From Octopus sinensis (taxonomy: Eukaryota): DNA of 17,838 bases. The notes under the pieces were generated by a model. That model saw only the letters and a list, made by a program, of their open reading frames with translations, was not told the origin of the DNA and searched no databases. The stretch lies in NCBI RefSeq assembly GCF_006345805.1, contig NW_021824748.1:1-17838 (forward strand). Direction: 5' to 3'. Each line of letters begins with the position of its first letter. The stretch's first letter is position 1. A program made the position numbers and the translations under genes. Positions 1-10,004 of this stretch are shown here, in pieces.

Positions 1-440
1 AGGGGCGATGGCAAGAGGCCGGACGGCGTCTCGCTCTTCCCGTTCAAGTGCGGCAAAGCGATCGTCTGGGACGCGACATGCTCTGACACTTTTGCGTCAA
101 CATGCCTTCTCGCGTCCGCGATCGAAGCTGGCACAGCGGCGAGGAGGGCAGAGACCCGGAAGAAAGACAAGTACGCCTCGCTCGCCGACAGATTCTCTCT
201 TTGTGCCTGTTTCATCGAACACATCAGGCACATTCGGCCCAGCCACGCTACGTTTTCTCACCGAGAGAGGCCGTCACCTCGGGAGGATTAGAAACGACCC
301 CCGTGAGGTCAATCGGCTTTTTGAGCGCGTCTCAATAGCCGTACTCAGGGGGAACAGTTTTCTATTCTCTCTGCGGCTAGTAGCTGACTCCCCGTTCCAT
401 TTTCTTTTCTATAAAATTATGTATTTAAAAAAAAAAAAAA
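1..440 (+). mobile_element. 3' end of a CRE-clade non-LTR retrotransposon (restriction-like endonuclease domain, frameshifted) with poly(A) tail; 5' part lies outside the window
   Basis: Stitched frames read GKRPDGVSLFPFKCGKAIVWDATCSDT...K-KY..L.DRF.FVPVSSNTSGTFGPATLRFL...DPRE..RLFERVSIAVLRGN. This is the RPDG / WDxT / KxxKY / RGN signature of CRE-type RLE C-termini. A14 tail at 427-440. Confidence 0.85.
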
Positions 441-631
441 CTAAATTATTAATCGATTTATAAAAAAAATAATAAAAGGTAACTTATATTATTTTTGGAC
501 GTTGAATTCAAAAATGTTATCAGATATGAGATCAGACCTTCATACTTCGAGATCTAGAAATTGGTCCCTTATCTCCACGTAGAAATGTCTAACATAAAAA
601 TGAACTTGTTTTTTGGGTTCGCGAGAAAATT

Positions 632-1260
632 TTAGCTAATGCCAATGCATATTTCATCATTTCTCTTAATGCCTGCTTTGGCATTCCAGTCTCCTGTCAG
701 AAATAAGACTGTTGTCTTGTTTAATACGTTGCATAATTCTGAGAGGCTTGCGTAAAACTTGTCCAACTCATTAGAAGCAACCAACAGTCTCCCCGTATGG
801 GGTGCGTACACGTTGATGATGGATAAAGTATTACTTCCTTTCGATTTCAATTTAAATTGAATAATCGCGATGCGGTCATTAACACTCCAGACTTTGAGTT
901 CCCTCTTTTCCAGCGAGGCTCGAACAGTGAATCCCAATCCGTAGTGTCGGCACTCAGAGGGGAGAAATATAAGGCGGTATTTTCCATAAGCTTCATCTGC
1001 CCTTCCGCGACCTTTGTCTCTTGAAGACAGCACACATCGACCCCGTAACGGTCTAGGTCGTCGCATAAGCTATTCCGTTTTGACTTCGCTGACAGTCCTC
1101 TAACATTAAAAGAAGCAATAGTAAAAGGCCTCGATCGAATAGAACATGTTTGAGACATATCAAAGAGAGGTACGTCACCACCTCAACCAATCTTAATGGT
1201 CGCATGGCCATATGGATAGTAATCCATAAACTGAAAGTTCAAATCACAGCAAAAGGCGTA
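632..1260 (-). mobile_element. RTE-like LINE 5' portion: APE endonuclease N-terminus (one frameshift near 990) with putative 5' UTR; 3'-truncated
   Basis: TIASFNVRGL, VDVCCLQETK, HYGLGF, NDRIAIIQF, IINVYAP and LTGDWNAKAG are APE-endonuclease motifs typical of RTE-clade elements. No RT domain follows. The UTR extent is approximate. Confidence 0.8.
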
Positions 1261-1387
1261 TAAATGCGAATCCTGAATACTATCTAGTAAAAAGATTATA
1301 TTTTGAGAATCAAGTCTAATTATGTTGAATTTAACTTTATTTTATTTATTTAGTTACAAAAAATTATTTTGATTTATTTTAAAAAGC

Positions 1388-2089
1388 ATGTCATCTAATC
1401 CGTCGTCACGTAGGTTTAAGCGCACAATTTACATACATGGGTGTGAATTTTCTGGTTAGTTTTAAGCAAATCACATCTGCAGGAAAATATTTGTTTATTA
1501 ACTGTTTTTTCAATAATAGAAACCAGGAAATTGACTTCAGCCATAGTATGTAATAATGAAAATAATGTGGTAGAACAAAGATTGTTCTTGACGGTAAAGG
1601 GGGAAGAGGTTGAAATTAATTTTTTGAATGTCCTAAATTGGTATTTTAATATTTTGTAATATACAAGAGTGAAATTACAGGTACCTACTATAATATGAGA
1701 TATAGCCTAACTGCCTTAGGATATATTATTTTATATAACGTGAATAATGAAAAGAGGTGAGATCAATGTTTTACCTTAAGTTTTTTGTCAGCCAAGCTAA
1801 CTCTGGGTTATATTAAAAAATTATCCCAATGTTTCATCCTTCGTCTAATTGGACTTGCCGTTATCCGGTAGTTCTCGCAGGCACTTATTTCGATCCAAAT
1901 AAATCCAATGAACTGATAGAACGTGCTGATAGTTTGCAAATTATATGAATATTCCTCATATTCTTACATCTTCTGAAAATAACTTTGTTTATTTTATTTA
2001 TTTATATTTTGTAGAACGTCGATTTGGCTTTCAGGACATTATTCTATGAAATAGAAAGTTATTATGGCTTATATGCTCCTGAATTCTAA
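1388..2089 (+). CDS. Divergent Ras-superfamily small GTPase-like protein (~180 aa, 6 micro-introns; one +1 frameshift near 1932-1934 needed, possibly a homopolymer error)
   Basis: GT-AG introns at 1455-1482, 1546-1573, 1641-1667/1669, 1757-1780, 1843-1871 and 1987-2014. Spliced product: MSSNPSSRRFKRTIYIHGCEFSGKYLFINCFFNN...TVKGEEVEIN...ALGYIILYNVNNEKSFLSAK...LLAGTYFD...FANYMNIPHILTSSENNFNVDLAFRTLFYEI...*. This is colinear with the Ras fold (GxxxxGK, YxVxxxxSF, LxG..D, TS....NVD.AF..L..EI). Exact splice sites at 1641 and 1843 are uncertain. Confidence 0.7.
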
Positions 2090-2383
2090 ATTACAAAAAT
2101 TATATTTTTAAATTAATTAGAAAGGTGTCGATTAAAGGAACACAGATTGATGATAATTCAAGACAAAACCCTAGAAAAAATTTAATAATTTTAGCTAATA
2201 TAGTTATATTTTATTACAACTTAAATGGTAATATTTAAATTTAATTTGACTGATGTAACATGTTTCTAATGGGAACATGTAATAAAACATATTAATTCTA
2301 AATAAATCACAAATACATAATTAGCAATTAAAAAATATATATATTAATCTTGACGTTCTAAATTCATTTCTGTATTCAGAAAT

Positions 2384-2449
2384 CTCATCAGATCTTCCTA
2401 GCGAGAGTTATGAATTCTGTCCCTGATTTCGTTAGGAAGGTCTGAGGAG
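2384..2449 (+). ncRNA. Candidate pre-miRNA-like hairpin (23-bp stem, 20-nt loop)
   Basis: 2384-2406 pairs with 2427-2449 at 22/23 positions when three G.U wobbles are allowed on the + strand. It is a GC-richer island in AT-rich intergenic DNA. No expression evidence. Confidence 0.3.
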
Positions 2450-2767
2450 AATACCGAGGTGATTTCCAACTCAGGAGCAAATTTTAGTTAATTTAGTTAT
2501 AAATTATTATGTTTTAAAGCGATTAAATTTGATGGTTGTTAATTGTTTCTAATGGGTGCACCACGTGCGATGGCAATCAGGGTCAACTTCGGATCTATTT
2601 GAGTCCCCTATTGTAATATATCAAACCGCAGGTATCTTACTCGATTTGTTCAAATGCGTCAACAAAATTTACCTTAGTGGCAAGAAACATAATAAATCAC
2701 TTCTAAAATAATAGCGTTCTTATTTAAATCTAAAAATGCGTTTTTATTTTCATTAAAAATAAACGCG

Positions 2768-3298
2768 AGATCTCCACTTGTGTGCAACCAATCGACCTGA
2801 TTTTTCCAGGACAACTGCCTCCCTTGAAGGTCTACTATTTTAACTTGTTCAAACTCCTCTAAACATTTTTACTATCTCATACTAAGGAACCATGTACGAT
2901 CTAACTTAAGATGTCAGACTTACAATGTAAATAAGAAAATAAATTAATTAATTAAAAATATTGTTATATATCAATTTTGATCTTTTATGAACGTTTTTGC
3001 ATGCAAAACTGGAGTCAGACGTTCCTAGACCTTAGTTTCTTTATAGGCTACTACAATGTATGCTAAGCCTATCCATAAGGGCCCTTCTACAAGAGGCCTG
3101 GAATTACGCAGTTTATTGATAAAATCTCTAGAATACATTAACAAATTCCCTAAACATATTATAAATTAGTTGATTAACAAATTTGAAAAGCTGAACTGTC
3201 TGAACTTTACATATTTCTAACTAAAAATGAGTCTTTATTTCCCGACAAAACACCCCCCCAAGATCTCCACTTGTGTGCAACCAATCGACCTGATTTTT
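2768..3298. repeat. 38-bp exact direct repeat pair (2768-2805 and 3261-3298)
   Basis: AGATCTCCACTTGTGTGCAACCAATCGACCTGATTTTT occurs at both positions. Confidence 0.9.
2953..3170 (+). repeat. ~218-bp dispersed repeat, left arm of an inverted pair with 6905-7122
   Basis: Direct alignment with the reverse complement of 6905-7122 shows roughly 90% identity by eye. Weaker homology may extend to ~2905. Confidence 0.9.
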
Positions 3299-3607
3299 TC
3301 AGACATAAGTTTAAATATGATAGTAAATTGTATTAGCCTGTTCAACCTTTTTTTGGACCTTCGTCCATGCCAAATCAAAGCCTTTTTGATAAACACGTGT
3401 CTCAATAAAGGAAATTTGTTCGAATATGTATTTAAAATTGACTGTTTAAGTTAAAAATATATTTAATGGTCCTTGAACAATTAGTATGTTGACATTCTTA
3501 TGTGCCTCCGATATGCGAGATCTCTCCAACGGCCTAATTGTTCTTAAATTTTACAGAATAACTAAAAGCCCGTTTTTACATAATTTTTCAAAAATCAAAT
3601 TTAAAAC

Positions 3608-4509
3608 AAATTGCCCAGAGAACAACTGTCCAAACAATATCACTACGATTTTGGACTCCGAGCTCTGAAATCAGTGCTTGTGATGGCCGGTGATTTGAAA
3701 AAAACTTCCCCTGATCTTTCGGAGGTCTCGTCTTTATCTAATGAGAACAGGAAGTGGTCCTGATGAGAACACTGAGAGATATGAACCAACCCAAATTCAT
3801 CTACGAAGACATCCCTCTGTTCCTTGGACTGATTTCCGACCTTTTCCCCGGGCTCGACTGTCCTCGAATTCGGTACCCAGGCTTCAATGGCGCGGTGGAA
3901 ACATCTTTGAGGGAAAATAATTACGTTTTGCTCGAATCACAAGTTGCCCCTTTTACTGATTCCGAAGGTTAACAAAGTGGTACAAATGCACGAGACAATG
4001 ATGACGAGGCACACCACCATGATCGTGGGGCCAACGGGGGGAGGCAAATCGGTGGTTATCAAAACGTTGGCCGATGCTCAAACGAGGTTATTTCGTCGAT
4101 CTACTCCAAGACTCGGGATACACACCAAACTATTCATTTTGAACCCAAAGGACAGGCCCGTCGTCAAATTATACGGAATATTAGATCCCACAACCCATGA
4201 TTGGACCGACGGGCTCCTTTCCAACATATTCCGCGAAATAAACCGGGCTCTGCCTCAGGACAAGAACGAAAGACGATATGTCGTGTTTGACGGCGACGTG
4301 GATGCGTGTGGGTGGAGAACATGAATTCCGTGATGGACGACAATAAACTGCTGACACTCGCCAACAGTGAGAGAATTCGACTCCAGTCCCACTGCGCACT
4401 GTTGTTTGAGGTTTGTTGCAGAAATCATTTTAGGTCGGTGATTTGAAGTATGCTTCTCCTGCTACTGTTTCCCGAGCTGGGATGGTTTATGTCGACCCCA
4501 AAAATGTCT
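3608..4509 (+). pseudogene. DNAH10: Internal fragment of axonemal inner-arm dynein heavy chain (end of AAA1 to AAA2 region), DNAH10-like, retaining 4 micro-introns
   Basis: Introns at 3725-3750, 3943-3967, 4087-4110 and 4411-4433. Spliced: [25 protein letters not shown]...MRTLRDMNQPKFIYEDIPLFLGLISDLFPGLDCPR...TRHTTMIVGPTGGGKS...DGDVDA(L)[19 protein letters not shown]...[26 protein letters not shown], closely matching the DNAH10 sequence as I recall it. There is a 1-nt deletion near 4307. Both ends break mid-exon. Confidence 0.9.
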
Positions 4510-5716
4510 AGCTTCAGCGAAAACTGACGTATTGATTGTTAACGAGACGAAGCTGAAGGGATCAAATAAAATTGAATTTGAAGGCTACAAATCCCTTAAT
4601 ATCCCCTGGAAAACTGACGCAGTAGCAGGAACCTCTGTCTTCTATAATGGAAGTATGAGAGTCAAAAACGGAAAGATTATTGAAGACAAGTCCTGTGAAC
4701 TTATATCGTTCGAACTACTTACAGCCGTTGGCTGGTTTACTGTCGGAGGGATGTATTCAAAGGCTTTGAGAAGCTACCCGGCAGTTGTTAGGACATTCTT
4801 TGAAGAGAACAATCTGGCTATCCTAGTCGGTTACCTGAACGCAAAGAATATTGTCTATGGGTGTGAAGCAACCAATACGGACGGAGAGGTTTTTGAGAGT
4901 TTGTCTCGAAATCTCGGTTTTTCGATATGGACGTCCGAAGAGCTAAACCACTATCCGGATAGAGGCAAACCGGATCGCCTTTTCTCTCCTCGGCGTCTAT
5001 TACTCCACTCTGTGATCGTCAGACAATCGAGGTGGATGTAGGAAGTGATCACATCCCGCAATCATTGAGGCTAAGGACGAAAATAAATCTGACAGAGGAC
5101 GTGTTTATTGGATATAATCTGTCGAATGTGGATTGGCATCTATTTGAGTACTCTATGCGCTTGGCACTTAATACTACCGTGCTCCGTTCTGTTCGGACCA
5201 TGAAGGATATCGACGACCTATCTAAGGTCATCAATTGTCGAATTTTTGGAAAAATTTACGGAAAAGAGAGTATTGAGAGCATCGGGCCCTTGTTTCCGCC
5301 AAACAGACAAAAAACTGTCGATGCTTATAACGAAGAAGGGCACCCTTCAGAATCACAGGAGGAGATGTTCCAACGTGGGGGTCAGAAATCAGTTAAAAGT
5401 TGAAATCAACCATCTCAAGACGATGATAGTAGAAATTGGCAAAAAGAAAATAGAAAAATCATGGAGAAAGGAACGCCGAATGCTGGATAAAAGAAATCCG
5501 AAGTTTTGGAAGGCGTATCAGCGCCTGAACAACGCGGAAGGGAAAGTCGACAATATTGTGTTAAAGGGGCAAGATGGAAAGTATATCCCCTCCGATCTTG
5601 TCCCGGATGAACTAAGAAGGCAGCTGGGTAGAACCCAAGAAGTCGAACCTGCATCAATTATTCCACAAAAGACCTTTGAGAAAGTCACTAAAGCCTTTCA
5701 ATTCTTATATTTATAA
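4510..5716 (+). mobile_element. 5'-truncated Jockey/I/CR1-like LINE ORF2 fragment: APE endonuclease plus linker, frameshifted
   Basis: DVLIVNETKL, GGMYS, VGYLNAKN..YGC..TN..G, PDR and GSDHIP are endonuclease motifs. A basic linker follows (FWKAYQRL). The clade is uncertain. Confidence 0.75.
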
Positions 5717-5949
5717 AAAGCCTTCCGATTTTAACAAAAGCTATAACTATTTGTAAAAAAATATTTCATAAAATATAATTAAATATTTTTCCTCCAAATT
5801 ATTTTTTTTCAAAATGTTGCAGCAGGCGTACAGGAAGCATTTGTAAAGGAAACTTGTTTGAACGTATTCGGCATCAACTTTCTTCAGAGTTTACTTGCCT
5901 TAATATAGTAGAAATTTTAGCTTAACAAAAGATATCAAAAATAATTAAT

Positions 5950-6110
5950 AAAAGTAATTATCATGAAGTCTACAAGTTGATTGATTGTCAAAGGCGTTTG
6001 TTGTAAAAAACAATTATCGAAGACAATGGTTTAAAGAAATTGAGTACCTACCAGAACCAATAGTTACGAGATGGGGGAGCTAGTTTAAAGCTGTTTCTTA
6101 CTATGCTCTG
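5950..6110 (+). mobile_element. Decayed hAT-like transposase fragment
   Basis: Stitched frames give NYHEVYKLID.VK..FVKNNYRRQWFKEIEYLPEPIVTRWGS*FKAVSYYA, matching the hAT 'PEPVxTRWGTW..A..YY' motif. Confidence 0.55.
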
Positions 6111-6289
6111 GCCAAAAGAAGTTTTTTATTTCTGGCTAATCTTATACCCATGTATTGCAGGAGCACTAATTTCACCAATAAACATCAATGGAGTATTGGA
6201 GGCAACTAACAAACTGAAAACCAGGGACAAGATTATACCCAACTTGAACTAATAAACTACCCGTCAATGAAGCTTGCTGAAACCATTGC

Positions 6290-6720
6290 ATACATCTTGT
6301 TAATTCCACTACATTAACCCGGAAAATCAGAAAGGGCACTTACTCAACTTAAGACTCTCCTACTAACGACTCTCCTGAAAGTATTGTCATTCGAGACGAT
6401 AAAAACCAAGGTGGAAATTTTCTATCGCCAGGGCAAAGTGGGTTTAGACCTGGCATATCCACTGGTGATGTCATCTGGACACACAGATGGACCTTTGCCT
6501 TATGTCAAAAATGCAAACGATGCATCGAGATACTTGGAATGTGCAGAGCACAGAGAGGAATTGACATGGAATACTTTTGAGTATTTTTAACAAATTGAAG
6601 TAAGTTATTTGTGATTCCATATAACATATGTGGCAGACCTTCCACTTCTGAACCCATTTTTCTTACCAACTGTGATATGTCGCCGTCAAGGTTGCGACGC
6701 AGATCGGTTACGTTCAAAAT
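6290..6720 (+). mobile_element. Decayed LINE reverse-transcriptase N-terminal fragment (possibly the continuation of 4510-5716)
   Basis: LIPLH*PGK...LLKV..., NFLSPGQSGFRPGISTGD and HGILL are recognisable RT motifs across frameshifts. Confidence 0.6.
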
Positions 6721-6904
6721 TTTTAATACAAATTACCTTTCTAAAGTTATTTTTTTCTGTTCATTACTTTGTTTGATTTTAATAATTTTTTCTGCAAAAA
6801 TTTTAAAGTTTCTGATTTGGTTGAAGAAAAACAGAACCAACTCAAAAATATTAGCAGTTAAAATTTTGTTACTTGGTTAAAATGTATCCTTTGATTTTTG
6901 CTTG

Positions 6905-7122
6905 ACTGATTTATAATATTTTAGGGAATTTGTTAATGTATTCTAGAGATTTTATCAATAAACTGCATAATTCCAGTCCTCTTCTAGAAGGGTCCTTATG
7001 GATAGGCCATTAGCATACATTGTAGTAGCCTATAAAGAAACTAAGGTCTAGGAACGTCTGATTCTAGTTTTGCATGCAAAAACGTTATAAAACATCAAAA
7101 TTGATATATAACAATATTTTTA
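6905..7122 (-). repeat. ~218-bp dispersed repeat, right arm of an inverted pair with 2953-3170
   Basis: Reverse complement aligns to 2953-3170. Confidence 0.9.
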
Positions 7123-7153
7123 TAAACATTGTATTGACATTTTAAGAAAATAA

Positions 7154-7800
7154 ATCTATGATCACTTGTGTGAAGAACTAGTCAAGATAATCCATGGTGA
7201 ATACACACCGGATGAGTGGTTCTATACTGGAATCACATACCCAAGGATCCAAAGATTTGAGACCAATTACTTGTATGTCTAACTTATATAAACTTGCAAC
7301 GAAATGTGTTAACAGGAAGTCGGGAGATTATATTGAGGCATATAATCTGATTGTCAATAATCAATTAGGAACTCGGCGAATGTGTCAAGGGGCAAAGGAA
7401 CAAGCAATTCTTAACCGGTGCATTCACAAGCAAAACGGAAATAATTTGTTTTCTACCTGGATTGATGTAAAAAAGCGTTCGATTTGGTAGATCACGACTT
7501 TCTGTTCCAGGTGCTTGAAAACTCCGGACTCCCTAGCTGGATTGTGAATTTTGTGAAGAACCTTGTAACGAAGTGGAGAATAAAGCTAATTCTGAATCAT
7601 AATGAAATCGGAGAGGTAAAATTGGAAAGAGGCATACTCCAGGGTGATTCCTTGTCACCTTATATCTTTACCCTGGTGATGGATCCTCTTAGTAGAATTC
7701 TGAATGCTAAGTACCCAAAAGTGATGATTGATAAACAAGATCAGGATTGTATTACATATACAACAAATCACTTACTGTTTATGGATGATCTAAAAATATT
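7154..7800 (+). mobile_element. R4/Dong/NeSL-like non-LTR reverse transcriptase fragment
   Basis: PDEWFYTGITY, DLRPITCMSNLYK, QLG..RMCQGAKEQ, WIDVKK(AFD)SVDH, RGILQGDSLSP and NHLLFMDDLK are present. Truncated right after the FMDD motif, with two frameshifts. Confidence 0.85.
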
Positions 7801-7829
7801 GAAATGTGTACATCTACATCTATGCAGGG

Positions 7830-9409
7830 AAAAATATTGGGAATGAACTTAAGTATGTTTTGCAAATGGGCGTAAAATTTATCAATTATATCTACTCTGT
7901 TTCGTCGACATAACTGTCCATTTTTGTTCTTTACAATTCTAAGGTACCCATCTTCCCCCAAACACGACCCCAACTATTTTTATATTTAATTTCTATGCCG
8001 GTTTTTTATGAGCCAGTATTCTTTTCCATTATCTACCCCATATCCAACGAGACACGCTGCATGTACGCTGTTACATCCAGGATCATCAAAAATTCCTATA
8101 ATGTTATACAATTATACCTCCTGAATACGAATACAAATATTTCGATATACAAATTGTAATTCCGAAAGGACCAATTTTCAGTAAAGTTCTTAATGCCAAA
8201 AAATGGTAAATATTGACATAATCTGTGACTACTATTGGATTGTTTTTATATCTGCATTCTTTTTTCTATTACAAAGTACAGTTTTATAAACCATTCCAAG
8301 ATAAGGGTACTGTTCAGTTGTGCTGATTCCCCCATTTTGAATGATATATTCATAAGCGTAATACTGGGATCCGCTTTTACATCGACAATATTCACAGCAA
8401 TCAAGCACGTTTTGTTTACTAAAACTAACCAACTTGTCATGCTTAATCGCATATTGATCTTCAAGACTGGCAATCTGAAGAGTAATTATTTATTTACCAA
8501 CCGCGCTGAATATATAACATGATTCAAAATTATGCTGATTTTTGACATTTATAACTACATTTTTATCTCCAGTCAAAAAATAATGAAAATCCTTTTCATT
8601 TTCTGAGAAAAAAGATGTTCCGTAGTCACTTGTGTCAAAATAATTTAATTTGTGTAGCTTTGGAAGTTCATCCTCAGTCTGGGAATATTTCTAACACAAA
8701 ACAACCATATCTGCGAACGAGTTTATTTCTAGTTTTTTTTTTTAATTAACAATAATTGATTAAAAGACAACGAAAAACGTTAAGTCCCAGCGGCAAGGAC
8801 GCAGTGTGCGTTGCCCCGAACAATGGCCAGGCCGATGCGCTGGCGGAACCAGAGGCCCTCTCTCGTGTCCTTGAGCCTCCTCCCGATGGACTACCCGACC
8901 TCTTTGAGGAACGAGTCAGTCTCCTTTCCCGCAGCTCCAGCGGTCTCCAGGGCGATTGCCGTAACGCGGTAGCGGTCCGCGAGCGAAGAATATTTTTGTA
9001 GTTTCATCTTTTCGGCGTGGTTTGCAGCCGAACAAGGGTTTGCGGCGGAAGAATGGATCCTCGATTTTGAAAAGGTATCCACAACGGTAACATCCCATAC
9101 GATGGCCTTCCCCGACGAGTACGGGAATATCTAGTTGGAAGGAAATGGCATTTCTTTTAAATTCCAAATTGTGTCTATCAATCAAAGCCAAATTATTTTG
9201 AAACTCTGTCTGATTGTATTTTTGTCGCTAAAAATTGTATATTTTAAATGCCAACTAATTTTTTAGTGAACTCTTCCCATCGCTGATTACTTTTTGTGCC
9301 ATATAAACTAATTAATTTTTTTCTTTTTCTTCCCAGAAATCTATTTCGGATTTGTAGTGATCAAAATAAGAATTGTCGCGATCAAAATCAGAAAAGATAA
9401 AAACAACAT
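7830..9409 (-). pseudogene. Cathepsin L-like (papain family C1A) cysteine protease with signal peptide and I29 prodomain, interrupted by a CRE insertion and frameshifts
   Basis: ATG at 9409 gives a hydrophobic leader (MLFLSFLILIATILILI). Then FQNNLALIDRHN (ERFNIN-like), SFQL|EINSFADMTEDE (GNFD-like), FDWR, VKNQHNFESCYIFSAIASLEDQYAIK, SFSKQNVLDC, NGGISTTEQYPY, VHAACLVGYG, YWLIKNRWG and GEDGYLRI. There are at least six 22-28-nt introns, one GC-AG (7973-7998). The 3' end is approximate. Confidence 0.85.
8733..9129 (-). mobile_element. 5'-truncated CRE-clade retrotransposon 3' end with poly(A) and 7-bp TSD
   Basis: IFPYSSGKAIVWDVTVVDTF...AEKMKLQKYSSL...ALETAG...RQRIGLAIVRGN. A11 tail (T run 8733-8743). 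TCTAGTT is duplicated at 8728-8734 and 9130-9136. Confidence 0.88.
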
Positions 9410-10004
9410 TTTTAAATTTGATTAAAAAATTAAAAGAACAATTATTCATTAATTGTTTCTATTCTTACACACAAATATATAAGCACGAAGAATCACAATT
9501 TTCTTAAGTTAAACTTGTAAAATATCTTTTCTATATACAATTTAAAAAATTAATTAATAAAGCAGCCGAAATACATTTTCTCATTTTGAATGCTACAAAT
9601 CTGCAAAAACATCAAAAATTAAATAAATATAAGTTGGAATTTAATCAAATTTATTTCAAAAGTTGGGTTTTTCTGAAAAGTACATAAGTCGAGATTAATG
9701 AAAAATTACTTTAACTAGTTTGTAATTAAAGTATTAAAGAGATAACGGCAAAAAATTTGAAATTATCTGGAAAGATTCCCAGTAAAACTCTTCTAAACAA
9801 CCTGCTAATCTGAAGATGGGAATCGAAATCGTCCCGTATTCCATGTAAAGTTCGACCTCTAAATGAGGCACTAAGTGCCTCAAATCAGAGGTTTCCCCAA
9901 AAAAGAGGTTTTTCAAAAAGTTCAATAAATAAAGAAAAAGAACATTATTTTTTAAAATAATCAGTTAATTTTTCTCCATATTTATATTTATTTTTAATTC
10001 CTAA

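Noticed and set aside
1159-1290. HDV-like ribozyme in the RTE 5' UTR
   Set aside because: Known in some RTE elements, but I could not fit the P1/P3/L3/J4-2 pattern by eye. Only a small ATGGAT-TACT-ATCCAT hairpin is visible. A descriptor search would be needed.
2550-2700. Possible small gene or snRNA in a GC-richer patch
   Set aside because: No frame survives plausible micro-intron removal, and no Sm-site or known snRNA pattern was recognised.
2768-2880. Tc3-like HTH on the minus strand, or a pogo QPLD fragment on the plus strand
   Set aside because: Both readings are short, conflicting and unsupported by flanking motifs.
2953-3170. Penelope-like RT C-terminus in the inverted repeat (FLDL..., NKFPKHII)
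   Set aside because: The resemblance is only a few residues across a stop or frameshift, and there is no GIY-YIG or RT core nearby.
8756-9191. ORFs 8756-9001 (+) and 8916-9191 (-) as independent genes
   Set aside because: They are explained by the GC-rich CRE fragment. The 8916-9191 ORF is a chance fusion of cathepsin prodomain and out-of-frame CRE sequence.
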